Origin: a virus
Taxonomy: Duplodnaviria > Caudoviricetes
Strand: one strand, 5' to 3'
Length of the DNA: 58,038 nucleotides
IMG/VR virus record: IMGVR_UViG_3300042890_002798
Location: 1 to 58,038 of that record
Part shown: piece by piece, positions 27,565 to 36,751 of the stretch
Position numbering within the stretch: position 1 is the first letter of the stretch
How the letters are laid out: each line of letters opens with the position of its first letter
The notes under the pieces: model-generated
Database searches by the model: none
Told to the model about the DNA's origin: nothing
What the model saw: only the letters and a program-made list of their open reading frames with translations
Translations under genes and position numbers: made by a program

Positions 27565-28053
27565 TCATTTTGATCTTGTTTTTGGTGCATATCTTTTCCC
27601 TGTAATGTGTGACCAATTTTGTCCACTTTTTATTGCGGTAATCGTTGTTATACTTGTTTTATAATCATCAGATATTGTTTCATATTTTCTGTTATCATTA
27701 AATATTTTTAAAACTTCATCGCCTGTAAGTTTTGATCCCGCTCCATATCTTTTTGGTCTTTTTTGTAAAATCCCTTTTTTTGACGCATCTATTGAATTGT
27801 CTTTTGCTGTTCCCTCCCACAAATGATCTGGATTAACGCATAATTTGTTATCGCATGAGTGGCATACAAAATTGTCTGGAATATTATCTTTATATATTAA
27901 ATATGATGCTCTATGCGCAGGCATAGTGCGTTTTGTTGATATTGTAAATGATCCATATCCAGAACTACTTACTGCGCCAGTCCATAACCAGCAACCACAA
28001 TTTGGCTCAGGTATAAATTTTCTTTCAAATCTTTCTACTATTGTTCTGCTCAT
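27565..28053 (-). mobile_element. HNH homing endonuclease
   Basis: GCWLWTG..GYG..AHRASY..VCHSCDN..CVNPDHL; AT-rich relative to neighbours. Confidence 0.9.
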
Positions 28054-28361
28054 AATTTCATCTCCGCTCTTGCGTTTGCCTCTTTTGACTGATTTTCCAT
28101 AAACCTCAGTCTAATCCACTCTACCTTCACCTTTGCCAGATTAGCCGCAGTTCTAGCTTCAACCATTTCCTTGATGTAATCCATCCATTCGCTGGATGCT
28201 TTAACCTTCAACTCAGCTTTTGATACTGGCATGTCTCCAAGGGCAGACATTTTCTGGCTAAGCACGGCTGACTTTGTCTCCTCCATCAGCCGCGCCTTGT
28301 TATCCAGATCAACCCAATCTTTCGCGGCCAGTCTATATTGCTCTGACAGCGGGTGAGACAT
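28050..28361 (-). CDS. Conserved hypothetical protein of the recombination module
   Basis: Coupled helical ORF. Confidence 0.65.
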   Translation of the reverse strand: MSHPLSEQYRLAAKDWVDLDNKARLMEETKSAVLSQKMSALGDMPVSKAELKVKASSEWMDYIKEMVEARTAANLAKVKVEWIRLRFMENQSKEANARAEMKL

Positions 28362-28588
28362 CAGAAATCCTCAGACTGCTTCTTGCTGGATTTACCGCCT
28401 TCATACGGCTCGGAAACAGCGCCTTTGATATATTTTTTCCCTGCCTTGGTTTCGTTAAGCCAGGCGGAAAGGCGGAGTTTCTCGCCCTTCCACATAATGT
28501 CTCCGCTATAGTCGGGCTGGGTTTCCTTCTCCTTCTTCTCATTGCGAAACAGAGAAAAGGTGTTGTCTTTCATTTCGTATTCAGCCAT
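28361..28588 (-). CDS. Small ssDNA-binding protein-like
   Basis: FRN.KK....PDYSG..LSAW..GKKY; acidic C-terminus ending in F. Confidence 0.65.
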   Translation of the reverse strand: MAEYEMKDNTFSLFRNEKKEKETQPDYSGDIMWKGEKLRLSAWLNETKAGKKYIKGAVSEPYEGGKSSKKQSEDF

Positions 28589-29201
28589 TGGTCTGATCCT
28601 TTATTTTGGCCTGGGTTTCTTTGAACAGTTTGGTGATCTTCACCTGATCCAGAACTGTAAGCTTTTGCTTGTCTTTGATGTTGTCGTCACGCCATTTTTC
28701 GCAGTCTTCCAATGTTTTGCAGGATCGAAGGCTTTCCTCCATCTTGTCCAGAAGAAGGATAGACTTTTCATCCTTTACGTTAGGAGATTCAGGCAATTGG
28801 TGTTTCTGGTCAGAGTCAGCATCCGGCTCGCCTGTCGGGATCTGAAACAGATCGCGTATGAAATACTTCTGCGCGTAGGAGGCTGCCGAGCCATAGGCTT
28901 GAGCGCCTGAAGCTGACACCTGAACAGTCCTTTTTACAGGTCCGTATTCAGCTCCGCCCTCATGGTAAATCCAGAAAGCATATTCGCAATGCAGGGATTT
29001 TTCCCTCACCTCGCATGATACTTCGTCAGCCACGATGATAAGCCCATGCTTGGCCATGAGCTTGCCAGCCTTTGCCTTGATCTGATCGTGGGATACGAAT
29101 TTGTAGTTGGCAAATTTGTTATCCTGATCAGCAACAAGACCTTCTACCTCTTCACATACCTGCTTGATTGCTTTGGCTATTTCTGGAGGCATTTTAGGCA
29201 T
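28581..29201 (-). CDS. ERF-family single-strand annealing protein
   Basis: YKF..., QAYGSAASYAQKY..F.I.TGE.DAD. Confidence 0.85.
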   Translation of the reverse strand: MPKMPPEIAKAIKQVCEEVEGLVADQDNKFANYKFVSHDQIKAKAGKLMAKHGLIIVADEVSCEVREKSLHCEYAFWIYHEGGAEYGPVKRTVQVSASGAQAYGSAASYAQKYFIRDLFQIPTGEPDADSDQKHQLPESPNVKDEKSILLLDKMEESLRSCKTLEDCEKWRDDNIKDKQKLTVLDQVKITKLFKETQAKIKDQTNG

Positions 29202-29829
29202 TCTGTTTCTCCGCAAGTTTGTTCATTAGTTTTTCAACCATCTGCTCTACTTCGGACAGGAACTTCCTTACCATTTCCTCAGACGTGGCGATGAAGCAAT
29301 CATCCCTGTCTACACGTTTGATAAACAGTTTCAGACCTTCTGGAGATCGTGGATCATAACTGACGAAATCGCACCATTTGCGACCTGTGCAGGCCATTTG
29401 CCACTGCATCTGGGTGAAGTATTTTTCCGGCACATCGTCGTTTAGTATGTATCCCAGGTGGGTGTGTGTCTCCGGGCACTTAATTTCGATGAGGCCATGA
29501 TCTCCAACGAGGCCGTCAGGGCTAGCCCCAGCGTCATTGATAGAAGGATGAGGAACAAAACCTGTTTCAGACACCTCATCAAAGCATATCGACCTGTATT
29601 CATTTCTTGCCTCTGGCTCCGTCTTTGTTCCCCAGTCCATTGATGAGCTGGTCGGGAATGTGTAGGGCTGTTTGGTGATGCGCTCGATGGCAAGCTGGGA
29701 CATGTAGGCGTCGCGGCTTTTGGACCATCCTGTCTTTGTTCTTGCCATAAGATCTGCGAGTCTTGATGCAGTCACTTTCCCGACGCGCTCAGATTTCCAT
29801 TCATCGGTTCCCTGATTTGGCGTGTTCAT
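29194..29829 (-). CDS. YqaJ/lambda-exonuclease-like recombinase
   Basis: QGT.EW...R.G..TAS; GASPDGL; EIKCP; QMQWQM. Confidence 0.92.
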   Translation of the reverse strand: MNTPNQGTDEWKSERVGKVTASRLADLMARTKTGWSKSRDAYMSQLAIERITKQPYTFPTSSSMDWGTKTEPEARNEYRSICFDEVSETGFVPHPSINDAGASPDGLVGDHGLIEIKCPETHTHLGYILNDDVPEKYFTQMQWQMACTGRKWCDFVSYDPRSPEGLKLFIKRVDRDDCFIATSEEMVRKFLSEVEQMVEKLMNKLAEKQNA

Positions 29830-30038
29830 TCGGATTCCTCCCATGCTTTGTTGAAAGCCTTTACCGCAGCTTCCAGCTTTTTCTGATGCTGGATATTTAC
29901 AAAAACCCTGTTGTTTTCTGGCTTGAAGCCTTCATTCATGTCATAGATGTCCATGGCGATCGTGCCTCTTTGACCGTAATGAACATCAAGTTTTATCTGA
30001 TCTTCTGAAAACCACGTGACGTAAGTTGCTATTCTCAT
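29826..30038 (-). CDS. Hypothetical protein
   Basis: GGAGAAACA RBS; first gene of the leftward operon. Confidence 0.65.
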   Translation of the reverse strand: MRIATYVTWFSEDQIKLDVHYGQRGTIAMDIYDMNEGFKPENNRVFVNIQHQKKLEAAVKAFNKAWEESE

Positions 30039-30069
30039 TTTGTTTCTCCGTTGTTTATTAATTACTTAT

Positions 30070-30170
30070 GGATTACCTATACGAAACCTGCTAGCATGTC
30101 AACTGTAAACAGTGCTAGGAAAAAATATATTTGCATGTCCTTGACAGGCGTTTTGGTCTGTGTCGATGAT
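30070..30170. promoter_or_regulatory. Divergent promoter region
   Basis: TTGACA on - (30097-30102) and on + (30141-30146) between divergent operons. Confidence 0.55.
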
Positions 30171-30189
30171 AGCAAATCAGGAGATGGAA

Positions 30190-30417
30190 ATGGACGATTT
30201 ACACGAACACGCAAGCAGCCACTCAAACGTAAGCATGACCAATGCCGATTGGCGCAAGGTGATGGCGGATAGCCTTGGAGATCGGGCTCCGCCTAATACC
30301 AGAGAACGGTATCAGATTTACCGGGATGCTGGCGTTCCGGAGACGATGATAAACATTCTGGATGATATGGTTTTCTATGCTGCTCTACAGAAGGTGGGCA
30401 ATGAGAGCGCAGATTGA
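30190..30417 (+). CDS. Hypothetical protein
   Basis: AGGAG RBS. Confidence 0.6.
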   Translation: MDDLHEHASSHSNVSMTNADWRKVMADSLGDRAPPNTRERYQIYRDAGVPETMINILDDMVFYAALQKVGNESAD

Positions 30418-30757
30418 AAACAGCATTCAGAGATCAATAGTCGCATATTTGCGCACTGTGGTCCGCGACTGTGTGGTTATGGCGATCCCGAATGCGGCGC
30501 GTCGGACGATCAACGGAAAGCCCATGAATGCGGCTCCGGGTTTGCTTCCGGGCGCTCCCGATCTGGTCATAGCCTTTCCCGGTGGCAAGGTTTTGTGGTT
30601 GGAAGTCAAGGCTCCTAAAGGCGTCGTCAGTGATAATCAGGTTCTTGTCCATGAGCGTCTGGGCGAGATCGGGCATACGGTATACATCGTCCGCTCGATA
30701 GATGACGTTAAGGAAGTTATACAAAAATTAAACATAACAACGAGAGAGAAACAATGA
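30401..30757 (+). CDS. VRR-NUC nuclease
   Basis: E..IQ..I; G..PG.PDL; WLEVKAPKG..S..Q. Confidence 0.88.
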   Translation: MRAQIENSIQRSIVAYLRTVVRDCVVMAIPNAARRTINGKPMNAAPGLLPGAPDLVIAFPGGKVLWLEVKAPKGVVSDNQVLVHERLGEIGHTVYIVRSIDDVKEVIQKLNITTREKQ

Positions 30758-31422
30758 CCAAGAAAGCTGTATGGAACAAAGACAACGAGGAATTCTTGTC
30801 AAAGTTGCTAAACGCAGGTGCGACTGCGGCGCAGGCATCCGATGAGATTAATAACAAATTCGACATGTATTTTTCTCGCAATGCAATAATCAGCAAGGCA
30901 AGAAGATTAAAGCTGGAATTTGTCGTCAGGGTTGGAAGGAGTTATATTCCCGGATCTATAAAATATAATCAAACATATAAGATTAAAAAGGCAGATAATG
31001 TTGAGTTTATGAAAGCGTGGAAAGCAAATATCAAGATTCACGAATTGGAATCAATGTTCGGGATCAAGCGTAAATCTATACTTGAAAAGGCAAAAAAGCT
31101 AAAACTTGATAAAAGAGAAATAGATGAAAAGAGGTCGATTAGAGATATCAATTATTCAAAAGATATAAAATTCAAAAAGCTTCCGTCATTCATACGGGAA
31201 AGACAATCCTTTCCCAATCCAAAGGCTCTTGGTCTGAAGCTTTTGGAGCTTCGCAATAACCAATGCAGATACATCCTCGGCAGCGAGAGGCCATCGGATT
31301 TTCTGTATTGCGCTGCGCCAGTGGAGCCTGACTCTCCGGTCCCGTATTGCCCAACCTGTCGGGCGATTGTGTACGTAAAACCGTCAGGGCCGTCGCATAA
31401 GATTTTCAAGCTATACAGATGA
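30754..31422 (+). CDS. gcrA: GcrA-like cell-cycle regulator
   Basis: W....G.....SRNAIISKARRL HTH; LLEL...QCRY..G...FLYC...PYC..C..IVY C-terminus. Confidence 0.8.
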   Translation: MTKKAVWNKDNEEFLSKLLNAGATAAQASDEINNKFDMYFSRNAIISKARRLKLEFVVRVGRSYIPGSIKYNQTYKIKKADNVEFMKAWKANIKIHELESMFGIKRKSILEKAKKLKLDKREIDEKRSIRDINYSKDIKFKKLPSFIRERQSFPNPKALGLKLLELRNNQCRYILGSERPSDFLYCAAPVEPDSPVPYCPTCRAIVYVKPSGPSHKIFKLYR

Positions 31423-31462
31423 GAAAACGCCCGGTCTGTCTGAGGCGTTGACAGTCCGGGCG

Positions 31463-31491
31463 TTGACAGGCCGAGTCATTCGGCTTAGGAT
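31463..31491 (+). promoter_or_regulatory. Sigma70-type promoter with GANTC in the spacer
   Basis: TTGACA-17nt-TAGGAT; GAGTC at 31473-31477. Confidence 0.65.
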
Positions 31492-31563
31492 ATATTTCGG
31501 CTTCGTAAGAAGACAGCAACTTCTTATGAAACCTGAACATGAACAGTTGACCAGAGAACCGTT

Positions 31564-31869
31564 ATGTCTGTTGAGAAGAATAGGCCGTCTTCGGCGGAAA
31601 ATCAATCCGCTAAATCCTATACACAGGATTATTCGAAGGCCGTTGACTATCATTTTTCCAAAGAAGCCAAGGTAGAACAGGCAGAACTGTCTGTTCTCAA
31701 TAGCTTACGCAATGCTGTGAGCTTTGCCCAGCTTGCTGAAGATCACCGTTCTTTATTTGATCCTGTCGGATTTGAGCATTGCGCTGAGCAATTTCTCGCC
31801 AATGCCCGCAAGGCATCCGAAGCACTTCGGACTCTTAAATCTCTGAAAAAGGAGGCATCCAAGGGCTAG
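31564..31869 (+). CDS. Hypothetical protein
   Basis: 101-aa ORF downstream of the promoter. Confidence 0.55.
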   Translation: MSVEKNRPSSAENQSAKSYTQDYSKAVDYHFSKEAKVEQAELSVLNSLRNAVSFAQLAEDHRSLFDPVGFEHCAEQFLANARKASEALRTLKSLKKEASKG

Positions 31870-32265
31870 GCAGCGCCCTTCCATGCGTCCTTAACCATCC
31901 GCCGGCAAAGGCGAGAGACCCGGCATATGCCGATCGAGTCAGGACAACAGTTGCCTTTGGGAAATAGTAAAATGGGGCCTGTCCCGGGCCAGTGGGAAAT
32001 CTTGCGGAAAGATCCACCATACCTGACGAATGCATACGATACACAAGTCCTCATGGTGAGGCCGGAGCCGGCAAGCAGATGCCGATAGTAGGGAGAACCT
32101 ACATCTGAGTCAGGGAATACCAGAACCGCTGCCAAACCCGTCCGTATAGACCCAATGGCCAAGGTCCAGGTCGCCGGGTCGCCCACTCCAGACTCAATTG
32201 TCCGGATTAGTGGTATCGGAGCATACGGGAGAGGGAGCTATGCCCAAATTCAGGAGAATGTTTAC

Positions 32266-32754
32266 ATGGAAGATGATTACCTGCCTGACAATGTGAGGCC
32301 AGAGAAGCACGCCTATCGAGATGAGGATATCAGTAGACGCCACAGAATGTGGGGGTTTAACTGTCCAGCCGCCGACCTTGATTTTGTGATGGTGGAATAC
32401 AACATCGGCAAGCCTGTCGCGCTTGTTGAGTATAAATATTACCTGCACAAGATCACGGATTTTAACCATCCCACATACAGGGCGATTCGCTGTCTGGCGG
32501 ACGAATACAAAAGTGGACCGTTGCCATTTATCGTATCGCTTTATTCACGTGACGACTGGTCGTTTAGGGTATACTGTGTGAATGAAGCTGCTGAGAAGCA
32601 TTTCTGTTCTGGCGAGCATTTGTCTGAACTGGAATATGTCCAGCGTCTTTACCGAATGCGCCGTCAGGCACTGGCCAAACATCTGGAAAATCAACTCAAC
32701 ACAACGATCAAGGAAAAATCAAATGGCGCAATTGTCAGCCCAATCTATCCGTAA
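32266..32754 (+). CDS. PD-(D/E)xK-like hypothetical protein
   Basis: AGGAG RBS; DLDF..VEY...ALVEYK. Confidence 0.55.
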   Translation: MEDDYLPDNVRPEKHAYRDEDISRRHRMWGFNCPAADLDFVMVEYNIGKPVALVEYKYYLHKITDFNHPTYRAIRCLADEYKSGPLPFIVSLYSRDDWSFRVYCVNEAAEKHFCSGEHLSELEYVQRLYRMRRQALAKHLENQLNTTIKEKSNGAIVSPIYP

Positions 32755-33190
32755 GCTATGCGAGGGCGAGCGTCCTATGGTGTATCCGTTTGTTGCGGAA
32801 AAGAAGGTGGTCAACGGAACGAGCTATGGGTTATCCGCAGCTTCATATGACGTAAGGATCGGGCATGATCTTGTGTTGCATCCAAAGCAATCATCCCTGG
32901 CTCATACGTTTGAAGATTTCTGTATGCCGGATAATGTTGTCGCATATGTAGTAGATAAATCGACTTATGCGAGAAGATTTATATCAGCATTGAATACATT
33001 AATAGATCCTGGGTTTGTTGGTAATCTGACGCTTGAATTGGTTAATCTTGGCAATCACGTGGTCCATATTAATTCTGGCGACCCGATATGCCAGATTGCT
33101 TTTCACTGGCTGGATGAGCCAACTGAAATTCCATACAAGGGTAAATACCAACATCAAACAAAAGAAGCTCATGGGGCGCGTTATGAATGA
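32723..33190 (+). CDS. dcd: dCTP deaminase / dUTPase-family protein
   Basis: SYDVRI; DKSTYAR; IDPGF.G.LTLEL.N; ICQ..F; Y.GKYQ. Confidence 0.88.
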   Translation: MAQLSAQSIRKLCEGERPMVYPFVAEKKVVNGTSYGLSAASYDVRIGHDLVLHPKQSSLAHTFEDFCMPDNVVAYVVDKSTYARRFISALNTLIDPGFVGNLTLELVNLGNHVVHINSGDPICQIAFHWLDEPTEIPYKGKYQHQTKEAHGARYE

Positions 33191-33449
33191 TCCTGTTAAT
33201 AATCCAAAGCATTATAATTCACATCCATCCGGGATCGAATGCATTCAAATAACCGAGCATATGAATTTTTGTTTGGGAAATGCGGTGAAGTATATCTGGA
33301 GAGCGGGATTAAAGGGAGGCGCTATAGAAGATCTGGAAAAATCAGTCTGGTATTTGCAAAGGGAAATACAAAGAAGAAAAACATATAATTGGAGAGAATC
33401 CTGTGAAACAGCTAAGGCCCTATCAAGAGAACGCAATTCAAGAGCTTAG
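33183..33449 (+). CDS. DUF3310 (SaV-like) protein
   Basis: DPVN.P.HY...GIECI...FCLGNAVKYIWR...EDLEK..WYL. Confidence 0.88.
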   Translation: MNDPVNNPKHYNSHPSGIECIQITEHMNFCLGNAVKYIWRAGLKGGAIEDLEKSVWYLQREIQRRKTYNWRESCETAKALSRERNSRA

Positions 33450-34893
33450 ATCGGCTTTAGCTTTAAAGCTAAAACCAGTCCTGTCAGCTCCAACGGGATC
33501 AGGTAAAACGAGAATCGCCTCAGAGATATTCGCTCTTGCTCGCGTAAAAAATAAGCGTGTGTGTTTCTGTGTTCCGTTTTTGTCCCTTATCCGCCAAACC
33601 TATCGGGCATTTGTTGAGGCTGGGATAGATGAGCGGGAGATCGGGATAATTCAGGCTAATAATGAACTCACAGACTGGTCGCGTCCGGTTCAGATCGCCT
33701 CGATTGATACGCTATCCCGCCGGCCAAAATTCCCGGATGTCGATGTTGTGATCTTTGATGAAGTCCATAACAATTCTGTCGTTTACAAACGATGGATGGA
33801 GGCATCTCCCAACACCTATTTTATCGGATTGTCTGCGACTCCATGGGCCAGTGGCATGAGCAAGCTCTGGGACAAAATGATCGTTGTCTCGACAGTCGCT
33901 GAGCTTATTAAAGATGGATACCTGTCTCCATTCAAATATTACGCGCCGTCTGTTCCTGACCTGCGAGACGTCAAGATAGTTGCTGGTGATTATCAAAAGG
34001 ACCAGCTTGCACTGGCCATGAGCAAGGCTGATCTCATAGCTGACATCGTGACTACGTGGATAAAGAAAGGCGAGAACAGGCCGACCTTTTGCTTTGCCGT
34101 GAACCGCCGCCATGCTCAGGAGATCCAGCACCAGTTCCTGAATGCCGGAATCCCGGCTGGTTACGTGGATGCCTATACGCCCGTCGAGGAGCGTGAGGCC
34201 ATGATTAATCAGCTACGGGACGGAGAATTAAAGGTCATCTGTAATATCGGAACGATGACGACTGGCGTTGATGCGCCTTTTGTGTCCTGCATCATTCTAG
34301 CGCGCCCGACAAAGAGTGAGATGCTTTTTGTGCAAATTATCGGTCGCGGCTTGAGGACTAATCCAGATAAACAGGATTGTATTATTCTGGATCATTCCTC
34401 GACTGCCCTTAATCTCGGCAGGCCAGATGAGATATTTTACGATCATTTTCGTGGTGGTCAGTCTCCTGTTGGTGGGACGAAAGCAGACAAGAAGGAAAAA
34501 GAAGATCCAAAGCCGAGAGCCTGCCCGAGTTGCGGATTCCTGCTTTTGCCTAAAGAAAAGGATTGTCCATCTTGTGGATATGTATTCCCTCCGCCCAGCA
34601 GTGATGTATATGTAGCAGATGGCGAGCTTGCGGAATTGGGTTCTGGTGGTAAGCTACGCAAGGTCAAATTTGACGAGAAGCAATCTTTCTGGTCTGGATT
34701 GCTTTATCTTGCTGAAGAGCGTGGTCGGGCGCGTTCATGGGCGTTGGCCAATTATAAGAACAAGTTTGGGGTTTGGCCGAGAAATCTCAAGGATAAACCT
34801 GAGTATCCCACAAAATCGGTAAAAGACTTTGTAAAAAGTCGAAGTATCGCGTGGGCAAAAAGAATGGAAAAAGAAAGAATATTAACGGGATGA
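33403..34893 (+). CDS. Superfamily II DEAD/DEAH helicase with a Zn ribbon
   Basis: LRPYQ, APTGSGKT, DEVH, SATP, QIIGRGLR, CPSC twice. Confidence 0.95.
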   Translation: MKQLRPYQENAIQELRSALALKLKPVLSAPTGSGKTRIASEIFALARVKNKRVCFCVPFLSLIRQTYRAFVEAGIDEREIGIIQANNELTDWSRPVQIASIDTLSRRPKFPDVDVVIFDEVHNNSVVYKRWMEASPNTYFIGLSATPWASGMSKLWDKMIVVSTVAELIKDGYLSPFKYYAPSVPDLRDVKIVAGDYQKDQLALAMSKADLIADIVTTWIKKGENRPTFCFAVNRRHAQEIQHQFLNAGIPAGYVDAYTPVEEREAMINQLRDGELKVICNIGTMTTGVDAPFVSCIILARPTKSEMLFVQIIGRGLRTNPDKQDCIILDHSSTALNLGRPDEIFYDHFRGGQSPVGGTKADKKEKEDPKPRACPSCGFLLLPKEKDCPSCGYVFPPPSSDVYVADGELAELGSGGKLRKVKFDEKQSFWSGLLYLAEERGRARSWALANYKNKFGVWPRNLKDKPEYPTKSVKDFVKSRSIAWAKRMEKERILTG

Positions 34894-35075
34894 GTTACTT
34901 CAAGAAGCCAGTGGTCGTTGAAAAACGCAAGCTTGGACCGAACAGATGGAAGAAGTCTGCGCCAGATCAGCCTGAAAAGCCGGTTTACAGCGATATAGAA
35001 AAACAGCTACACAAGCATAGCAAGCGGAACTCGACCTATTTCCCGCCATCCTGGTGGCTACCCGGAGAAAAGTGA
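34890..35075 (+). CDS. Hypothetical protein
   Basis: ATGA-coupled to the helicase. Confidence 0.5.
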   Translation: MSYFKKPVVVEKRKLGPNRWKKSAPDQPEKPVYSDIEKQLHKHSKRNSTYFPPSWWLPGEK

Positions 35076-35612
35076 ATGGCACGCCCTGGCCGTAAGCGGA
35101 AAATCGAAGCGCCGCGTTTTCCAAACGGCCAGGTAAAGCCGGCGGAACAAGAGCCGTCTCCAACTCTGGTTAAGCGCCTGGCTGCCTATTCTCTGGTCGG
35201 AATGCAGGATGCGCAATGGGGTACTGTTCCGGGTATATTCTATCTCAGCAGGAAGATAGACGAGACTGAATATGAGACGGCCAAGCGGTTCTCAAGTCTC
35301 TACAGCCAGTATATTGCGGTTATAAACGGCCCACGTAGGCCAAAAACATCTACCGGAGAGCAGAGAGGCCAATCGGCTCAGATTGATGTGGATACGTTTC
35401 TGGGCCAGCAAGAGGCATCCAGGCATACCGATGTCATGGACAGGTATAATGACGCCTACACAGCCCTGCAAAATCTTGGGGCTGGTGTGGCTACAGAGGT
35501 CATTAATTTCTGCGCTGATTCGGGTCAGACGCCATGCGGATGGGAAGGGATGATAAAATTAAGAAAGGGTTTATCTGTTCTGGCTGTGCTTTGGAATGTA
35601 AAAAGCAGGTAG
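35076..35612 (+). CDS. Putative late transcription regulator (DUF6456-like)
   Basis: MAR.GRKRK...PNG N-terminus, LRKGL..LA..W C-terminus; last gene of the middle operon. Confidence 0.55.
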   Translation: MARPGRKRKIEAPRFPNGQVKPAEQEPSPTLVKRLAAYSLVGMQDAQWGTVPGIFYLSRKIDETEYETAKRFSSLYSQYIAVINGPRRPKTSTGEQRGQSAQIDVDTFLGQQEASRHTDVMDRYNDAYTALQNLGAGVATEVINFCADSGQTPCGWEGMIKLRKGLSVLAVLWNVKSR

Positions 35613-35615
35613 GAT

Positions 35616-35643
35616 TTGACAAGATTGATGGATTGTATAATAT
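35616..35643 (+). promoter_or_regulatory. Sigma70-type promoter
   Basis: TTGACA-16nt-TAATAT, overlapping TGTATAAT. Confidence 0.6.
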
Positions 35644-35649
35644 GTTTAT

Positions 35650-35751
35650 TGGCATTGTTTCGTCAGATGCTGTTTCTCCAACTTGTCCGTGATTTCTTCC
35701 TCCCTGCATGGACGCCCGCCCAGTCACAATAGTCTGGGCGGGATTTTTTTT
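35650..35751 (+). ncRNA. Candidate ~100-nt sRNA with anti-RBS motifs
   Basis: Lies between promoter and terminator with no ORF; contains UGUUUCUCC and CUUCCUCCC. Confidence 0.5.
35715..35751 (+). terminator. Rho-independent terminator
   Basis: CCCGCCCAG-10nt-CTGGGCGGG followed by a T8 run. Confidence 0.85.
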
Positions 35752-36019
35752 AGGCTTTGATGGCCTTGTATCTAACCGCAGAGAACATGGTCGTCTTGGC
35801 GAGCTGCTGGTAAACAGACGGATCAAGCACCTTTTCGGCTTCCTTGGCGGAAATGCTGGTGCGCTCCTGAAGGCCGACTGTTACACGGAAGCGATCTCCT
35901 TCGATAACGTCAACTCCCGTGGCCAGGATCATGGACTTGACTGCGTCCAGTTCATCCTGAAGGGCATCCATCTCGATTTTAAGAGCGGCATAGCGGTCAG
36001 CGAGTTCATTCTGGCTCAT
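35750..36019 (-). CDS. Hypothetical protein
   Basis: GAGGG RBS; own promoter upstream. Confidence 0.7.
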   Translation of the reverse strand: MSQNELADRYAALKIEMDALQDELDAVKSMILATGVDVIEGDRFRVTVGLQERTSISAKEAEKVLDPSVYQQLAKTTMFSAVRYKAIKA

Positions 36020-36055
36020 TTGGTCCCTCGTTGGTTTGTGTTGTTGACGAAGATG

Positions 36056-36083
36056 AGATTACCACATCCCGCAATCCTGTCAA
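36056..36083 (-). promoter_or_regulatory. Early sigma70 promoter
   Basis: gggcTTGACA-16nt-TAATCT on the minus strand. Confidence 0.6.
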
Positions 36084-36104
36084 GCCCATATCAAAATATT
36101 TTTG

Positions 36105-36407
36105 TTACAGGCTTCTTTCAACCATATCGACGATGCGATATTGATGCGGATCCTTGTGCAGGGCTTTTTCGATCAGGCGATAGATTTCTGAATTGTTGTC
36201 CAGCCTGAGTCCGGCCTTTCCTTTTTCATCGGCATGAAGTATAATGCTTTCAACGTCGTAGCATATCCCGCCGCGATATCCTGTGTCTGGATCTCCGGGA
36301 TCTGTTTCGAATGCGATCTCTGCTTCGCCCCAGACGCATGAGTCATGGTCCGGGACGACCTGAAGTTCTTCGAAGTCGTAGGTCAAATATCCAGTTCGGT
36401 ATTTCAT
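36105..36407 (-). CDS. Hypothetical protein
   Basis: ATGA-coupled. Confidence 0.65.
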   Translation of the reverse strand: MKYRTGYLTYDFEELQVVPDHDSCVWGEAEIAFETDPGDPDTGYRGGICYDVESIILHADEKGKAGLRLDNNSEIYRLIEKALHKDPHQYRIVDMVERSL

Positions 36408-36727
36408 TTTGGGAGCCTTTCGAATCCGATGGCGACGTTTCTTGAGATGACATGGGCCATGGGGATTTCGCCCTTGGGGGTTATCCTTACGCCCAGATCG
36501 AAATTGACTCTGCCGGCGATTTCAATCCGGGAGGTGTAGATTTTGCGGGCCAGATTGTAAGCTCCCAGCACGGCGGCTTCCAATGGCAGTTTCTGGGGTG
36601 GAATGGCGATGGGCTTAGGCGATTTCTCGTCTGCCCACGCCTGTTTAAGGCACTCGCCAAATGGCTGTCCTGTCTCACGTCGTAGCCTATGGGCTACAAG
36701 CATGACTCTTCGTTTATCGTAGCGCAT
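36404..36727 (-). CDS. Hypothetical protein downstream of the ribozyme
   Basis: GAGGA RBS; M..AH......F..CLKQAW. Confidence 0.65.
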   Translation of the reverse strand: MRYDKRRVMLVAHRLRRETGQPFGECLKQAWADEKSPKPIAIPPQKLPLEAAVLGAYNLARKIYTSRIEIAGRVNFDLGVRITPKGEIPMAHVISRNVAIGFERLPK

Positions 36728-36751
36728 GTTGGGTTCCTCATTTCCATGGTT

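Noticed and set aside
31870-32265. GANTC clustering
   Set aside because: Three sites in 400 bp is too close to chance expectation
35708-36208. 166-aa plus-strand ORF
   Set aside because: Runs through a terminator and lies antisense to better-supported genes
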